Source: Psychrobacter cryohalolentis K5 (GTDB lineage Bacteria > Pseudomonadota > Gammaproteobacteria > Pseudomonadales > Moraxellaceae). Taken from it: a DNA stretch of 32,000 bases. The translations under genes were made by a program, and so were the position numbers. Shown piece after piece: positions 18,066-26,897 of this stretch. Under the pieces are notes generated by a model. That model was not told the origin of the DNA. It ran no database searches and was given only the letters and a program-made list of their open reading frames with translations. The DNA lies in NCBI RefSeq assembly GCF_000013905.1, contig NC_007969.1:1890001-1922000 (forward strand), read 5' to 3'. Each line of letters begins with the position of its first letter. Position 1 is the stretch's first letter.

Positions 18066-18269
18066 GCCTAGTTTCCTTATATTGCAATGAGTCCAATACC
18101 TTGGTATCAGTCATTTGCTTTATTCACTTTGTCTGCCTCGCTTTTAACGTTTATTATTAATAGCCGAGTAACAAAGGTAATAAGGACAAGATAAACCCCT
18201 TTCATCTTGCCCTTTTGATACTTGTTTAAAAGTGCTTTTTTAAAGGCACTCTTAAGAAATCTCTGAAAA

Positions 18270-19376
18270 TTATGGCGCTTCTGTCTCTATCTCTGTCTGA
18301 CCAACCATGCCACGGCGTACTTGATCGCGCTCGATTGATTCAAACAATGCTTTAAAGTTACCTTCGCCGAAGCCTTCTTCGTAATCACCTTTGCGCTGGA
18401 TAAACTCAAAGAATACTGGGCTGCCTAAGATGGTTTCAGAGAAAATCTGTAGTAGCAGACGCGGAACATCGCCCTCCGTCGTGCCATCTAACAAGATACC
18501 GCGCATCTGTAGCTCAGAGATATTCTCGCCATGACCTGGTAGACGCTCATCAAGCATCTTATAATAAGTATCATTTGGTGCCGTCATGAGTGGAATACCC
18601 ATCTCTCGCAATTTGTCGATGCTAGACAATAAATCATCACTCAATAGCGCGATATGCTGGATACCTTCGCCATTAAATTGCATCAAGTACTCTTCGATTT
18701 GACCGCCGCCCTGCTTTGACTCTTCGTTCAATGGGATACGAATTTTGCCATCAGGTGCAGTCATCGCTTTACTGGTCAAGCCAGTGTATTCACCTTTGAT
18801 ATCGAAATAACGGATTTCGCGGAAGTTAAAGATACGCTCGTAGAAGTCAGCCCAGTAAGCCATGCGACCACGGTAGACGTTATGCGTTAGATGGTCGATG
18901 ACTTTGAAGCCAAAGCCTTTTGGATGCTTATCAACATCAGGCAGATATTCAAAGTCGATGTCATAAATAGAGTTACCAGCGGTAAAGCGGTCGATAAGAT
19001 AAATGAGCGAGCCGCCGATACCTTTGATCGCTGGCAGACGTAACTCCATCACCCCTGTTTTCACATCGACTGGTTCAGCACCGTTTTCGATCGCTAAATC
19101 ATAAGCTTTCTGGGCATTTTTTACACGGAAACCCATGCTACAGGCGCCGGCACCATGCTCACCTAAAAAGTAGCTGCCATGGCTTTTTGGCTCACGGTTT
19201 AATATGAGATTGATGTCTCCTTGGCGAAACAAGGAAACATCTTTTGAGCGGTGATTGGCGACATGGGTAAAGCCAAGGTTGCGAAACAGCTCTTCGACAA
19301 GCTCAGGCTCTTGTGAGACGAACTCAACAAAATCGAAGCCTTGTAGACCCATAGGGTTGTCAAATAAATCTGCCAT
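18270..19376 (-). CDS. hppD: 4-hydroxyphenylpyruvate dioxygenase
   Basis: Two VOC modules and the conserved C-terminus [23 protein letters not shown] prefer the start at [19 protein letters not shown] (ATG 19376, AAGGA SD upstream). The 24-codon extension in the track does not look like HppD. Confidence 0.92.
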   Translation of the reverse strand: MADLFDNPMGLQGFDFVEFVSQEPELVEELFRNLGFTHVANHRSKDVSLFRQGDINLILNREPKSHGSYFLGEHGAGACSMGFRVKNAQKAYDLAIENGAEPVDVKTGVMELRLPAIKGIGGSLIYLIDRFTAGNSIYDIDFEYLPDVDKHPKGFGFKVIDHLTHNVYRGRMAYWADFYERIFNFREIRYFDIKGEYTGLTSKAMTAPDGKIRIPLNEESKQGGGQIEEYLMQFNGEGIQHIALLSDDLLSSIDKLREMGIPLMTAPNDTYYKMLDERLPGHGENISELQMRGILLDGTTEGDVPRLLLQIFSETILGSPVFFEFIQRKGDYEEGFGEGNFKALFESIERDQVRRGMVGQTEIETEAP

Positions 19377-19473
19377 TGTCATCATCCTTAATTGCAATTG
19401 GTGGTATAAAGCGCTAAAAATTAGCAAAAAATAAGTTTCATCAATCATTCCTATTGACGATTCATTTATATTA

Positions 19474-19499
19474 GATTAGCTTGATTTATAAGACTAATC
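19474..19499. promoter_or_regulatory. Candidate LysR operator dyad GATTAG-N14-CTAATC in the hppD / LysR divergent region
   Basis: Perfect 6-bp inverted arms at 19474-19479 and 19494-19499. The assignment as an operator is speculative. Confidence 0.2.
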
Positions 19500-19530
19500 G
19501 TATTTTTTGATTTATTTATCAGGTTTACTT

Positions 19531-20460
19531 ATGAATATCAGCATTCGCCAACTTACCGCTTTTATCAAAGTCGCTGACAACGGCAGCTTTACTCGTGCCA
19601 GCGACCAGATGCATTTGACCCAATCTGCGGTCAGTGGATTGATAAAAGAGCTTGAATCTAGCCTTGGCATTGTGTTGTTTGATCGCACTACACGCCAGCT
19701 GTCGTTGTCGGCAGTTGGACGGCATCTATTGCCGCAAGCTCGGCGCATCTTAAATGAGATGCAGCTGTTTGAAAATGAAGCCAGTAGCTTAACGAGCTTA
19801 GCGCAAGGTCAGGTCAGGCTCGCTGTATCACAGTTTGCGGCCTCCTCTATGCCAGCGGTTATCGCTCAGTTTGCCAAAGAATATCCTGAGATTAGCGTGT
19901 CTTTGCTCGATTGCTCAGCAGAAAATGTCTTAGAACACATTCAAAACATTGAGGTGGATTTGGGCGTGGGCACTGAGCTTGAATTTATGGACGCTGAAGA
20001 TGACATCAGCGCCGATTTGTTATATCAGCTGCCATTCTGTGTGGTCATGCCTGATAGTCATGCTCTGGCACGTAAATCTGAGATTGTTTGGCAAGATTTG
20101 ATTGATACGCCGCTCATTACCCTGCAAGGTCCATTTATTGAGCAAGTGACCGCAGAGCTTGATGAGCGTATCGCAAACCACATACAACAAGCACGCTATA
20201 AAGTAAATTTTATGTCGACAGCGCTCGAGATGACCCGTCAAGGCTTTGGTATTACCTTGTGTCTGCCTTATATGCCTGAGGTGATAGACTGGGTCAGCGC
20301 TAATGGTTTGCAGATGCGACCTTTGACGCAACCTGTCAAAATGCGCCGATTCTTTATTTACCAACGTTCATCGCGAGCTTTATCGCCGGCGAGTATCGCT
20401 TTTAAGCATTTTTTGCAGGGCTACTTTGCGACCCATTTTGATGATTTGCAAAATATTTAA
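19531..20460 (+). CDS. LysR-family transcriptional regulator, divergent from hppD
   Basis: The HTH is GSFTRASDQMHLTQSAVSGLIKELESSLG. The track start at 19507 is a TTG; the ATG at 19531 (MNISIRQLTAF) matches the usual LysR N-terminus. Confidence 0.88.
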   Translation: MNISIRQLTAFIKVADNGSFTRASDQMHLTQSAVSGLIKELESSLGIVLFDRTTRQLSLSAVGRHLLPQARRILNEMQLFENEASSLTSLAQGQVRLAVSQFAASSMPAVIAQFAKEYPEISVSLLDCSAENVLEHIQNIEVDLGVGTELEFMDAEDDISADLLYQLPFCVVMPDSHALARKSEIVWQDLIDTPLITLQGPFIEQVTAELDERIANHIQQARYKVNFMSTALEMTRQGFGITLCLPYMPEVIDWVSANGLQMRPLTQPVKMRRFFIYQRSSRALSPASIAFKHFLQGYFATHFDDLQNI

Positions 20461-20648
20461 CAGCCAGCTTTCTACCCTTTATCAAAACAAGTCAGACGAT
20501 GATTCAAGAAAATGGCATCACTAGGCAAAAAAATGCATGAATTGGTGGGGATAATGGAATCTAACATTGAGTTAATGCCCAAACTGGTTTATGCTTTTTA
20601 GCGCCTCAACTTATACCTTTGTACTTATATCCCTTGTAAGGAAAACAC

Positions 20649-21845
20649 ATGTTTGAACGTATCGATTACTATGCCGGCGACCCAATCTTAGGATTGATGG
20701 ACAAATTTGCAGCCGATAACAACCCAGATAAAGTCAATTTGGGTGTCGGTGTCTATTATGACGAAGATGGCAAAATGCCAGTACTTGAGTGTGTAAAAAC
20801 AGCTGAACAACGTATTGCAGACCCAATCTCTCCTCGCCCGTATTTACCAATGGCAGGTTTACCAGGACATCGCAAAGGCTGTCAAGAATTGCTGTTTGGT
20901 AAAGACGCTCAGATTTTACAAGATGGCTTAGTGGCTACTATCGCGACCATCGGTGGCTCTGGTGCACTAAAAGTCGGCGCAGAATTCATCCACGAATGGT
21001 TCCCGCAGTCTAAGTGTTACGTGAGCGACCCTACATGGGGCAATCACATTGCTATTTTTGAAGGGTCTGACGTCGAAGTCGGTAAATACCCGTACTACGA
21101 TACTGCTACTGGTGGCATCAAATTTGATGAGATGATCGCGTTTTTTGAGACATTGAATAAAGATGATGTTCTGCTGCTTCATCCTTGTTGTCATAACCCA
21201 ACGGGCGTTGATTTGACTCGTGAGCAATGGGATCAAGTCCTAAACGTCATTCAAGCGCGCGAGCTGATTCCGTTTATGGACATCGCTTATCAAGGCTTTG
21301 GCGAAGATATGGACAGCGATGCTTACGCCATTCGTAAAGCCGTCGATATGGGTCTGCCATTGTTTGTGAGTAACTCATTCTCTAAAAACTTATCGCTATA
21401 TGGCGAGCGTGTCGGTGGTCTATCAGTTGTTTGCCCAACGGTAGATGAAACTGATCGCGTCTTTGGTCAGCTGAACTCTACGGTACGTCGTATCTACTCA
21501 AGCCCGCCATCACATGGTGGTCGTGTGGTTGATATCGTTATGAACGACGAAGCCTTGCATGAGCAATGGGTTGGCGAAGTATATGCGATGCGTGACCGTA
21601 TCAAATCTATGCGTACCAAACTCAAATCAGTATTAGAAGAAAAAATCCCAGGTCGTAGCTTTGATTACTTGACCGCCCAGAACGGTATGTTTAGCTTTAC
21701 AGGTCTGACGCCTGAACAAGTTGCACAACTACAAAGCAAGTATGGTATCTATATGGTATCGAACTCACGTATGTGTGTTGCCGGCTTAAACAGTACCAAT
21801 ATCGACTATGTTGCCAATGCGATGGTTGACGTTTTAAAAGATTAA
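20649..21845 (+). CDS. tyrB: Aromatic-amino-acid / aspartate aminotransferase (class I)
   Basis: 398-aa ORF with the AspC/TyrB-type N-terminus MFERIDYYAGDPILGL and the PLP-lysine motif SNSFSKNLSLYGERVGG. An AAGGA SD is present. TyrB rather than AspC specificity is inferred from context. Confidence 0.85.
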   Translation: MFERIDYYAGDPILGLMDKFAADNNPDKVNLGVGVYYDEDGKMPVLECVKTAEQRIADPISPRPYLPMAGLPGHRKGCQELLFGKDAQILQDGLVATIATIGGSGALKVGAEFIHEWFPQSKCYVSDPTWGNHIAIFEGSDVEVGKYPYYDTATGGIKFDEMIAFFETLNKDDVLLLHPCCHNPTGVDLTREQWDQVLNVIQARELIPFMDIAYQGFGEDMDSDAYAIRKAVDMGLPLFVSNSFSKNLSLYGERVGGLSVVCPTVDETDRVFGQLNSTVRRIYSSPPSHGGRVVDIVMNDEALHEQWVGEVYAMRDRIKSMRTKLKSVLEEKIPGRSFDYLTAQNGMFSFTGLTPEQVAQLQSKYGIYMVSNSRMCVAGLNSTNIDYVANAMVDVLKD

Positions 21846-21876
21846 TTCCCTCATCGCTTTTATTAACATATAAACA

Positions 21877-21906
21877 AAGGCTAAGTATCGTTACTTAGCC
21901 TTTTTT
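21877..21906 (+). terminator. Rho-independent terminator after tyrB
   Basis: Stem aaggctaagta / tacttagcctt (11 bp) with a 4-nt loop, followed by TTTTTT. Confidence 0.85.
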
Positions 21907-21970
21907 CATGCGTTGGATTTCGTAGTGGGGATATTTTTAGCAAAAAAGGCAAATATAGTCAAAACGCTAC

Positions 21971-22048
21971 GGTACTGCTGGTACAATTTTTTTGCAGCCT
22001 CTGTCTGCATGGGCACAGCAAGCAAGAAAAATTGATACCAGCAGTACC
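21971..22048. repeat. 78-bp imperfect palindromic element (21/22-nt arms) with a nested hairpin
   Basis: Arms ggtactgctggtacaattttt (21971-21991) and aaaaattgataccagcagtacc (22027-22048) are complementary apart from one inserted base. The 35-nt centre contains tgcag-N7-ctgca. Confidence 0.8.
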
Positions 22049-22221
22049 TAATGTGTTGATATGACTTTTCACTGACTATAGCTTTTAGTCTCGGTCAAAA
22101 CTCAATCAATTTATAGGACGAGCACATAAAAAAACTTGCAATCGATTACACTATAAATTACATTATACGTAAGTAGTTAATTATAACGTAATTTAATATT
22201 CGCTTTAGCAAGGAGCCGATC

Positions 22222-23511
22222 ATGTCAACGATTGACAAAAACCTCTCATCTTTCCTCGATATCGCAACCGATTCTGACTTCTCTATTCATAACCTACCTT
22301 ATGGCATTTTTAGCGATACTGCCGACGGCAAACGCCGCGCTGGTGTGGCTATTGGCAAGCACGTATTGGACTTATCGGTACTTGAAGCTGAAGGGCTATT
22401 AAGTCTAGACGGTGGTCCATATTTTGATCAAAATACCTTAAACGCCTTTATTGATTCTGGTCGAGACAACTGGACCAAAGCACGTCAAACCATACAGACG
22501 TTACTTTCTAGCGACTGCGATACCTTACGTGATAACGAAGATTTGCAGCAAATAGCCCTATTTCAACAATCAGACGTCACTATGCATCTGCCGGTTCAAG
22601 TGCCCGGCTTTACCGATTTCTATTCGTCTAAAGAGCACGCAACCAATGTCGGTACTATGTTCCGTGACCCAAGTAATGCCTTACTGCCTAACTGGACTGA
22701 GATGCCAGTAGGTTATAACGGACGCGCCAGCACCGTCATCGTCAGTGGTACAGATGTGATACGTCCATCAGGTCAGCTAAAACCCAATGCCGATGACCGC
22801 CCTATTTTCTCACCCTGTAAGCGTCTGGACTTTGAGCTTGAAACGGCGTTTGTCGTTGGCAAAGGTAATAATATTGGTCAACCAATTGCCGTAGATAATG
22901 CTATTGATCATATTTTTGGTATGGTTTTGCTAAACGATTGGTCAGCTCGTGACATTCAAAAATGGGAATATGTGCCGTTAGGTCCATTTAACGCCAAAAC
23001 TTTTGCCTCTGAAGTGTCTCCTTGGATTGTGACGATGGAAGCCTTAGCACCGTTCAAGATGCCATGCCCAACGCAAGAACCAAAGCCGCTTGCTTATCTA
23101 AACGAAAAAAACAGCAATAATAGTTACGATATCCATTTATCAGTAGAACTATTGCCTGAAAATGCTGAAGAAGCAACGGTGGTTTGCGAAACCAATTTTA
23201 AATATATGTACTGGTCAATGGCGCAGCAGTTGACTCACCATACTATCACTGGCTGTAAAGTAGAAGTGGGCGATATGATGGGTTCAGGGACTATCTCAGG
23301 ACCGATGCCTGATTCTTATGGCTCGATGTTAGAGATTGCGTGGAATGCAACCAAACCTGTCACCCTCCAAGGCGGTGAGACACGCAGCTTTATCGAAGAT
23401 GGTGACACGGTCATCATGAAAGGCTATAGCGAAAAAGACGGTATTCGTGTTGGCTTTGGTGAAGTACGCGGCAAAGTATTGCCTGCCCTTACCTTCGATT
23501 TTGACAAATAG
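22222..23511 (+). CDS. fahA: Fumarylacetoacetase
   Basis: 429-aa ORF with conserved FAH motifs (FYSSKEHATNVG, NDWSARDIQKWEYVPLGPFNAKTF, MYWSMAQQLTHHT). An AAGGAG SD is present. Confidence 0.93.
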   Translation: MSTIDKNLSSFLDIATDSDFSIHNLPYGIFSDTADGKRRAGVAIGKHVLDLSVLEAEGLLSLDGGPYFDQNTLNAFIDSGRDNWTKARQTIQTLLSSDCDTLRDNEDLQQIALFQQSDVTMHLPVQVPGFTDFYSSKEHATNVGTMFRDPSNALLPNWTEMPVGYNGRASTVIVSGTDVIRPSGQLKPNADDRPIFSPCKRLDFELETAFVVGKGNNIGQPIAVDNAIDHIFGMVLLNDWSARDIQKWEYVPLGPFNAKTFASEVSPWIVTMEALAPFKMPCPTQEPKPLAYLNEKNSNNSYDIHLSVELLPENAEEATVVCETNFKYMYWSMAQQLTHHTITGCKVEVGDMMGSGTISGPMPDSYGSMLEIAWNATKPVTLQGGETRSFIEDGDTVIMKGYSEKDGIRVGFGEVRGKVLPALTFDFDK

Positions 23512-23665
23512 TACTTATTTGTTGACCTGTATATAGTAAACGTTTATGTATAAAAAGGCGTGCAAACGATAGCGTTACGCTGTTAGGGGTTAATGACTTA
23601 TATTCATAGTTACTAACAGCCAACCGATTGATACAAATTGTACGTCCTATCAAAAGGAGTTTGAT

Positions 23666-24241
23666 ATGAGTTTTAAAATTGAAAAAATCCATCATGTGGC
23701 CTATCGCTGCAAAGACGCTAAAGAGACCGTTGAATGGTATAAAAAATATCTGAATATGGAGTTCATCCTAGCATTCGCTGAGGATCATGTACCTTCTACC
23801 AAAGCCTTTGACCCTTATATGCATGTGTTTTTAGATGCGGGCAATGGCAATGTCTTAGCATTTTTTGAAGTGCCTAATCAACCTGAAATGGGCTTTGACC
23901 CTAATACCCCAAGCTGGGTACAACATCTAGCGATGAAGGTAAAAGACCGTGATGCCTTAATGGCAGCTAAAAAGCATTTGGAAGAAAACGGCATCGACGT
24001 GATCGGTGTGACGAATCATGGCATCTTCCATTCTATCTATTTCTTCGATCCTAATGGACATCGTATGGAGCTTACTTACGATGATATTACCTCAGAAGAA
24101 AAAGTTTCGATGATTACTAAAGAGATGAAATATGAGATGCTGGACGAATGGTCACGTACCAAACGTGCGCCAGCACATACTCAGTTTTTACATGCAGAGG
24201 AGCTGGCTGAAGCACGAGAAGTCGCGCCTGCCGGTGAGTAA
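23666..24241 (+). CDS. One-domain VOC-superfamily (glyoxalase / extradiol dioxygenase-like) metalloenzyme; candidate homogentisate ring-cleavage enzyme (hypothesis)
   Basis: 191-aa ORF with a strong AAGGAG SD. The VOC fold pattern shows putative metal ligands H9/H10 (KIHHVAY), E68 (AFFEVP), H87 (VQHLAM) and E135 (HRMELTY). The family call is solid. The specific function is inferred only from its position in the fahA / IclR / maiA locus. Confidence 0.85.
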   Translation: MSFKIEKIHHVAYRCKDAKETVEWYKKYLNMEFILAFAEDHVPSTKAFDPYMHVFLDAGNGNVLAFFEVPNQPEMGFDPNTPSWVQHLAMKVKDRDALMAAKKHLEENGIDVIGVTNHGIFHSIYFFDPNGHRMELTYDDITSEEKVSMITKEMKYEMLDEWSRTKRAPAHTQFLHAEELAEAREVAPAGE

Positions 24242-24270
24242 TATTTTTTAGCGTTTAGAGTATTCTTTAT

Positions 24271-24300
24271 AAAATAGCTAAGATAATTCTTAGCTATTTT
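24271..24300. terminator. Bidirectional terminator between the VOC gene and the convergent IclR gene
   Basis: Perfect 12-bp stem aaaatagctaag / cttagctatttt with a 6-nt loop. A- and T-rich flanks are built into the stem. Confidence 0.75.
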
Positions 24301-24305
24301 ACGAG

Positions 24306-25166
24306 CTACACTATTTGATAACGTTGTGCAATTGCTAATATTTGCTCGACCACATTACGCTGATCACTCATGGGCAACTGCTCTGTGGTACCAATGATAG
24401 TAATGGCATACTCCAAAGACAAACTTTCAACAGATAGTTTGTCTTTGTCATATAGATTCGCAGTGGTTGAGAGCTGCGGTATGATAACGGGAATAGTAAT
24501 CGCATTAATCCCCATTAACATATCACCAGTAACAGTCGCATAGCCTTGGGTTCGAACTTTCGCTCGCAACTGGTTAAAGTGCTGCCATTTCTCTGTTATT
24601 GCTGACTCTTGTTTCGCCTGCCATTCTGTGATGACCAAGGGTTTGATAATGGCGTCTGGCTGATAGCTTGCAAACAAATGACCTGTCGCAGATGTAGTCA
24701 GCGGCATACGCGATCCGATGCGAGTAATAATACTAATAGTGGTGTCTGGTTCAACGGATTGAATGATAATCGGTCCTTCGCTAAACCATTTAGCGATTTG
24801 TACACCGCAGTTAAGCGTGTCTTTGATCTCATTAGCAATATGCGTCAGACGATCCAAGATATTATTTTGATTAAACCCACTATGACCTACTGCTCCTAGC
24901 GCGCCCATTGCATGAACTCTATCACCAAGTCCATAACGTCCATCACTGAGCTGGCGAGCATAGTGTTTACGAATAAGACTGACCAAATAACGGTGGCACT
25001 TTGCTGGATGCATTTGCATGGCTTGTGCAATATCCTTTAGCATCATCGGCTCGTTACAATCGATGAGCACGTCTAATATCGACAGCCCAATCTCAAGCGA
25101 TTGTACGCCGCCTTGGTTTTTATTCATCCTAGTAAGATTGTCTATCAGGTTTTCAGCTGCTGGCAT
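24306..25166 (-). CDS. IclR-family transcriptional regulator (HmgR-like by context)
   Basis: 286-aa ORF. The N-terminal winged HTH is present (VQSLEIGLSILDVL...MLKDIAQAMQMHPAKCHRYLVSLI), followed by an IclR effector-domain length. It is divergent from maiA. Confidence 0.88.
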   Translation of the reverse strand: MPAAENLIDNLTRMNKNQGGVQSLEIGLSILDVLIDCNEPMMLKDIAQAMQMHPAKCHRYLVSLIRKHYARQLSDGRYGLGDRVHAMGALGAVGHSGFNQNNILDRLTHIANEIKDTLNCGVQIAKWFSEGPIIIQSVEPDTTISIITRIGSRMPLTTSATGHLFASYQPDAIIKPLVITEWQAKQESAITEKWQHFNQLRAKVRTQGYATVTGDMLMGINAITIPVIIPQLSTTANLYDKDKLSVESLSLEYAITIIGTTEQLPMSDQRNVVEQILAIAQRYQIV

Positions 25167-25335
25167 GGTTTACTCTGTGAATGATTAACTGAATGCGTTA
25201 TCAATACAATATTAGAAAATTGAAATAAAGACTTAATGTCATAATAGGTATCTTTTACTCTTTAAGACATTAATAAGCTCAGTAATTATAACCCTTTATC
25301 TTACTCACAACACAGCATAATAAAAGGAATGCACT

Positions 25336-25983
25336 ATGATGACACTTTATGGCTACTTTCGCAGTAGTACCTCTTACCGTACACGTATCGCAATGAATTT
25401 AAAGCAGTTAGATTACGATTACATTGCGGTTAATTTAGCAAAAGATGAACAATTAGAAGCCGTCTTTCAATCTATTAATCCTCAAGGCTTGGTACCCGTC
25501 GTACAAATAAATGATTTATGGTTGTATCAAAGTCCTGCTATTTTGGAGTGGTTAGAAGAGGTCTATCCTGAGCATCCTCTATTGCCCAAAGACGCAGCAG
25601 GTCGCATGCAAGTACGGGCTTTGAGCGCTATGATTGGCTGTGATATCCATCCGCTAAATAACCGACGTATTTTGCAGTATCTGCGTAATGAGCTGTCAGT
25701 AGATGAGGATCAAGTCATGGCTTGGTGCCATCGCTGGATGAGTGAAGGTTTTGACGCTCTCGAAAAACGCTTGGCACAAGACAAAACACGCGGTAAATTC
25801 TGCTATGGCGACAGCCCTACTTTTGCAGATTGTTATCTGATTCCGCAGGTCTCTTCTGCCGAACGCTTCAAGGTAGATCTCAGTGCTTATCCAAATATCG
25901 TTGCGATCGACGCCCACTGTCGAACATTAAAGGCTTTTGCCGACGCTGACCCTATGGTGCAGCCTGATGCACCAAATGCTTGA
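25336..25983 (+). CDS. maiA: Maleylacetoacetate isomerase (zeta-class glutathione S-transferase)
   Basis: 215-aa ORF with the zeta-GST N-terminal motif YFRSSTSYRTRIAMNLK and the INPQGLVPVV region. An AAGGAA SD is present. Confidence 0.9.
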   Translation: MMTLYGYFRSSTSYRTRIAMNLKQLDYDYIAVNLAKDEQLEAVFQSINPQGLVPVVQINDLWLYQSPAILEWLEEVYPEHPLLPKDAAGRMQVRALSAMIGCDIHPLNNRRILQYLRNELSVDEDQVMAWCHRWMSEGFDALEKRLAQDKTRGKFCYGDSPTFADCYLIPQVSSAERFKVDLSAYPNIVAIDAHCRTLKAFADADPMVQPDAPNA

Positions 25984-25993
25984 TATAAGCTGC

Positions 25994-26024
25994 AAAAAAG
26001 CCTCCTAAATTGGAGGCTTTTTTC
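25994..26024. terminator. Bidirectional rho-independent terminator after maiA
   Basis: aaaaaaGCCTCC-taaatt-GGAGGCtttttt. It lies between the convergent maiA and the small minus-strand ORF. Confidence 0.85.
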
Positions 26025-26087
26025 TGAAAATATAGTGGTACTATTGCCATTTATACTATTTAACTTAAAGTATGAAAAATAGGCTAT

Positions 26088-26333
26088 TCAAATATTCATA
26101 TCAGATTGTGTTGCAGCCACTGTTTTTATGGGTACTGCGAACAGCCAAGCCGTACCACAATTACAGTAAAAAAAGCCATCTTTAAATTCGACAATATAAG
26201 CGGTAAAATCGTTACCACAATGATCCATCATCGCTTGTTCGTCACTGTCATCATCGACTGCGCACCATATTTGTTTGTCACCTCGTGCAAGCAATGCGCG
26301 TGTTAAATCGCTTCCTCTCAACTCATTATTCAT
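26088..26333 (-). CDS. Small hypothetical protein (81 aa, acidic centre, Cys-containing C-terminal half)
   Basis: I prefer the start at MNNELRGSDL... (ATG 26333), which is preceded by an AAGGAG SD 6 nt upstream. No family was recognised. Support for coding comes only from the SD, the ORF length and the shared terminator. Confidence 0.5.
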   Translation of the reverse strand: MNNELRGSDLTRALLARGDKQIWCAVDDDSDEQAMMDHCGNDFTAYIVEFKDGFFYCNCGTAWLFAVPIKTVAATQSDMNI

Positions 26334-26897
26334 ACCCAGCTCCTTAACTTCTCTCACCATAGTTTGAGCTATTCGTCATGAAATATAGGGTTTTCTATAC
26401 TGATATTTATTAATGATCTTTATCGTTGTTAAAGCGATGAGCTTGATATAAGCGATGCAAATCCATTTGCTACTCATCTGTACCCATCAAAAATTATGCC
26501 TATATTTAACGATGATTTACCTTTCTTGCTCTATTCTATAAACGCTTTGTATCCTAGCTGTCTTATTGTAACGCTATGCAAGCAAAAGTGTAACAACCAG
26601 ATATAGTATTTCCGATGAATGGTCAAGATATGAATATGAACGGTCGGTACATTTAAAAATACTACTAAGTGTTATGCATATTAATCGGATTTGGCACCTT
26701 ATAATCTAATAGTTCTTTGAATATTATCGATTAAATGAACGATGATGCACTATCGATATTAAATTTTTAGAATAGTTTTCAGTAGTTAAAAAAATCTAAT
26801 GAAACTCTTGTTTTTTATTAACCTATGTAACACTTCTCACTTTTTGAGTGAGCATTAGAGACCAAAATCGGTGCGAAAAATCAGGTAAAATAGTTTT

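Noticed and set aside
18083-18096. Sigma-54-like sequence (minus strand TTGGACTCATTGCA) upstream of phhA, considered because Pseudomonas phhA is controlled by PhhR and sigma-54.
   Set aside because: The GG and GC elements are spaced too closely for the -24/-12 consensus (TGGCAC-N5-TTGC), and no NtrC-family activator is encoded nearby.
19377-19448. 24-codon N-terminal extension of hppD ([24 protein letters not shown]) in the track ORF.
   Set aside because: The extension does not resemble HppD N-termini. An AAGGA SD sits just upstream of the internal ATG at 19376, which begins the conserved [19 protein letters not shown].
23522-23553. Possible sigma-70 promoter for the VOC gene (TTGACC at 23522-23527 with TATGTA or TATAAA downstream).
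   Set aside because: With 17-nt spacing the -10 hexamer is poor, and the better hexamer lies at 20-nt spacing. This is not strong enough to call. The VOC gene may be co-transcribed with fahA.
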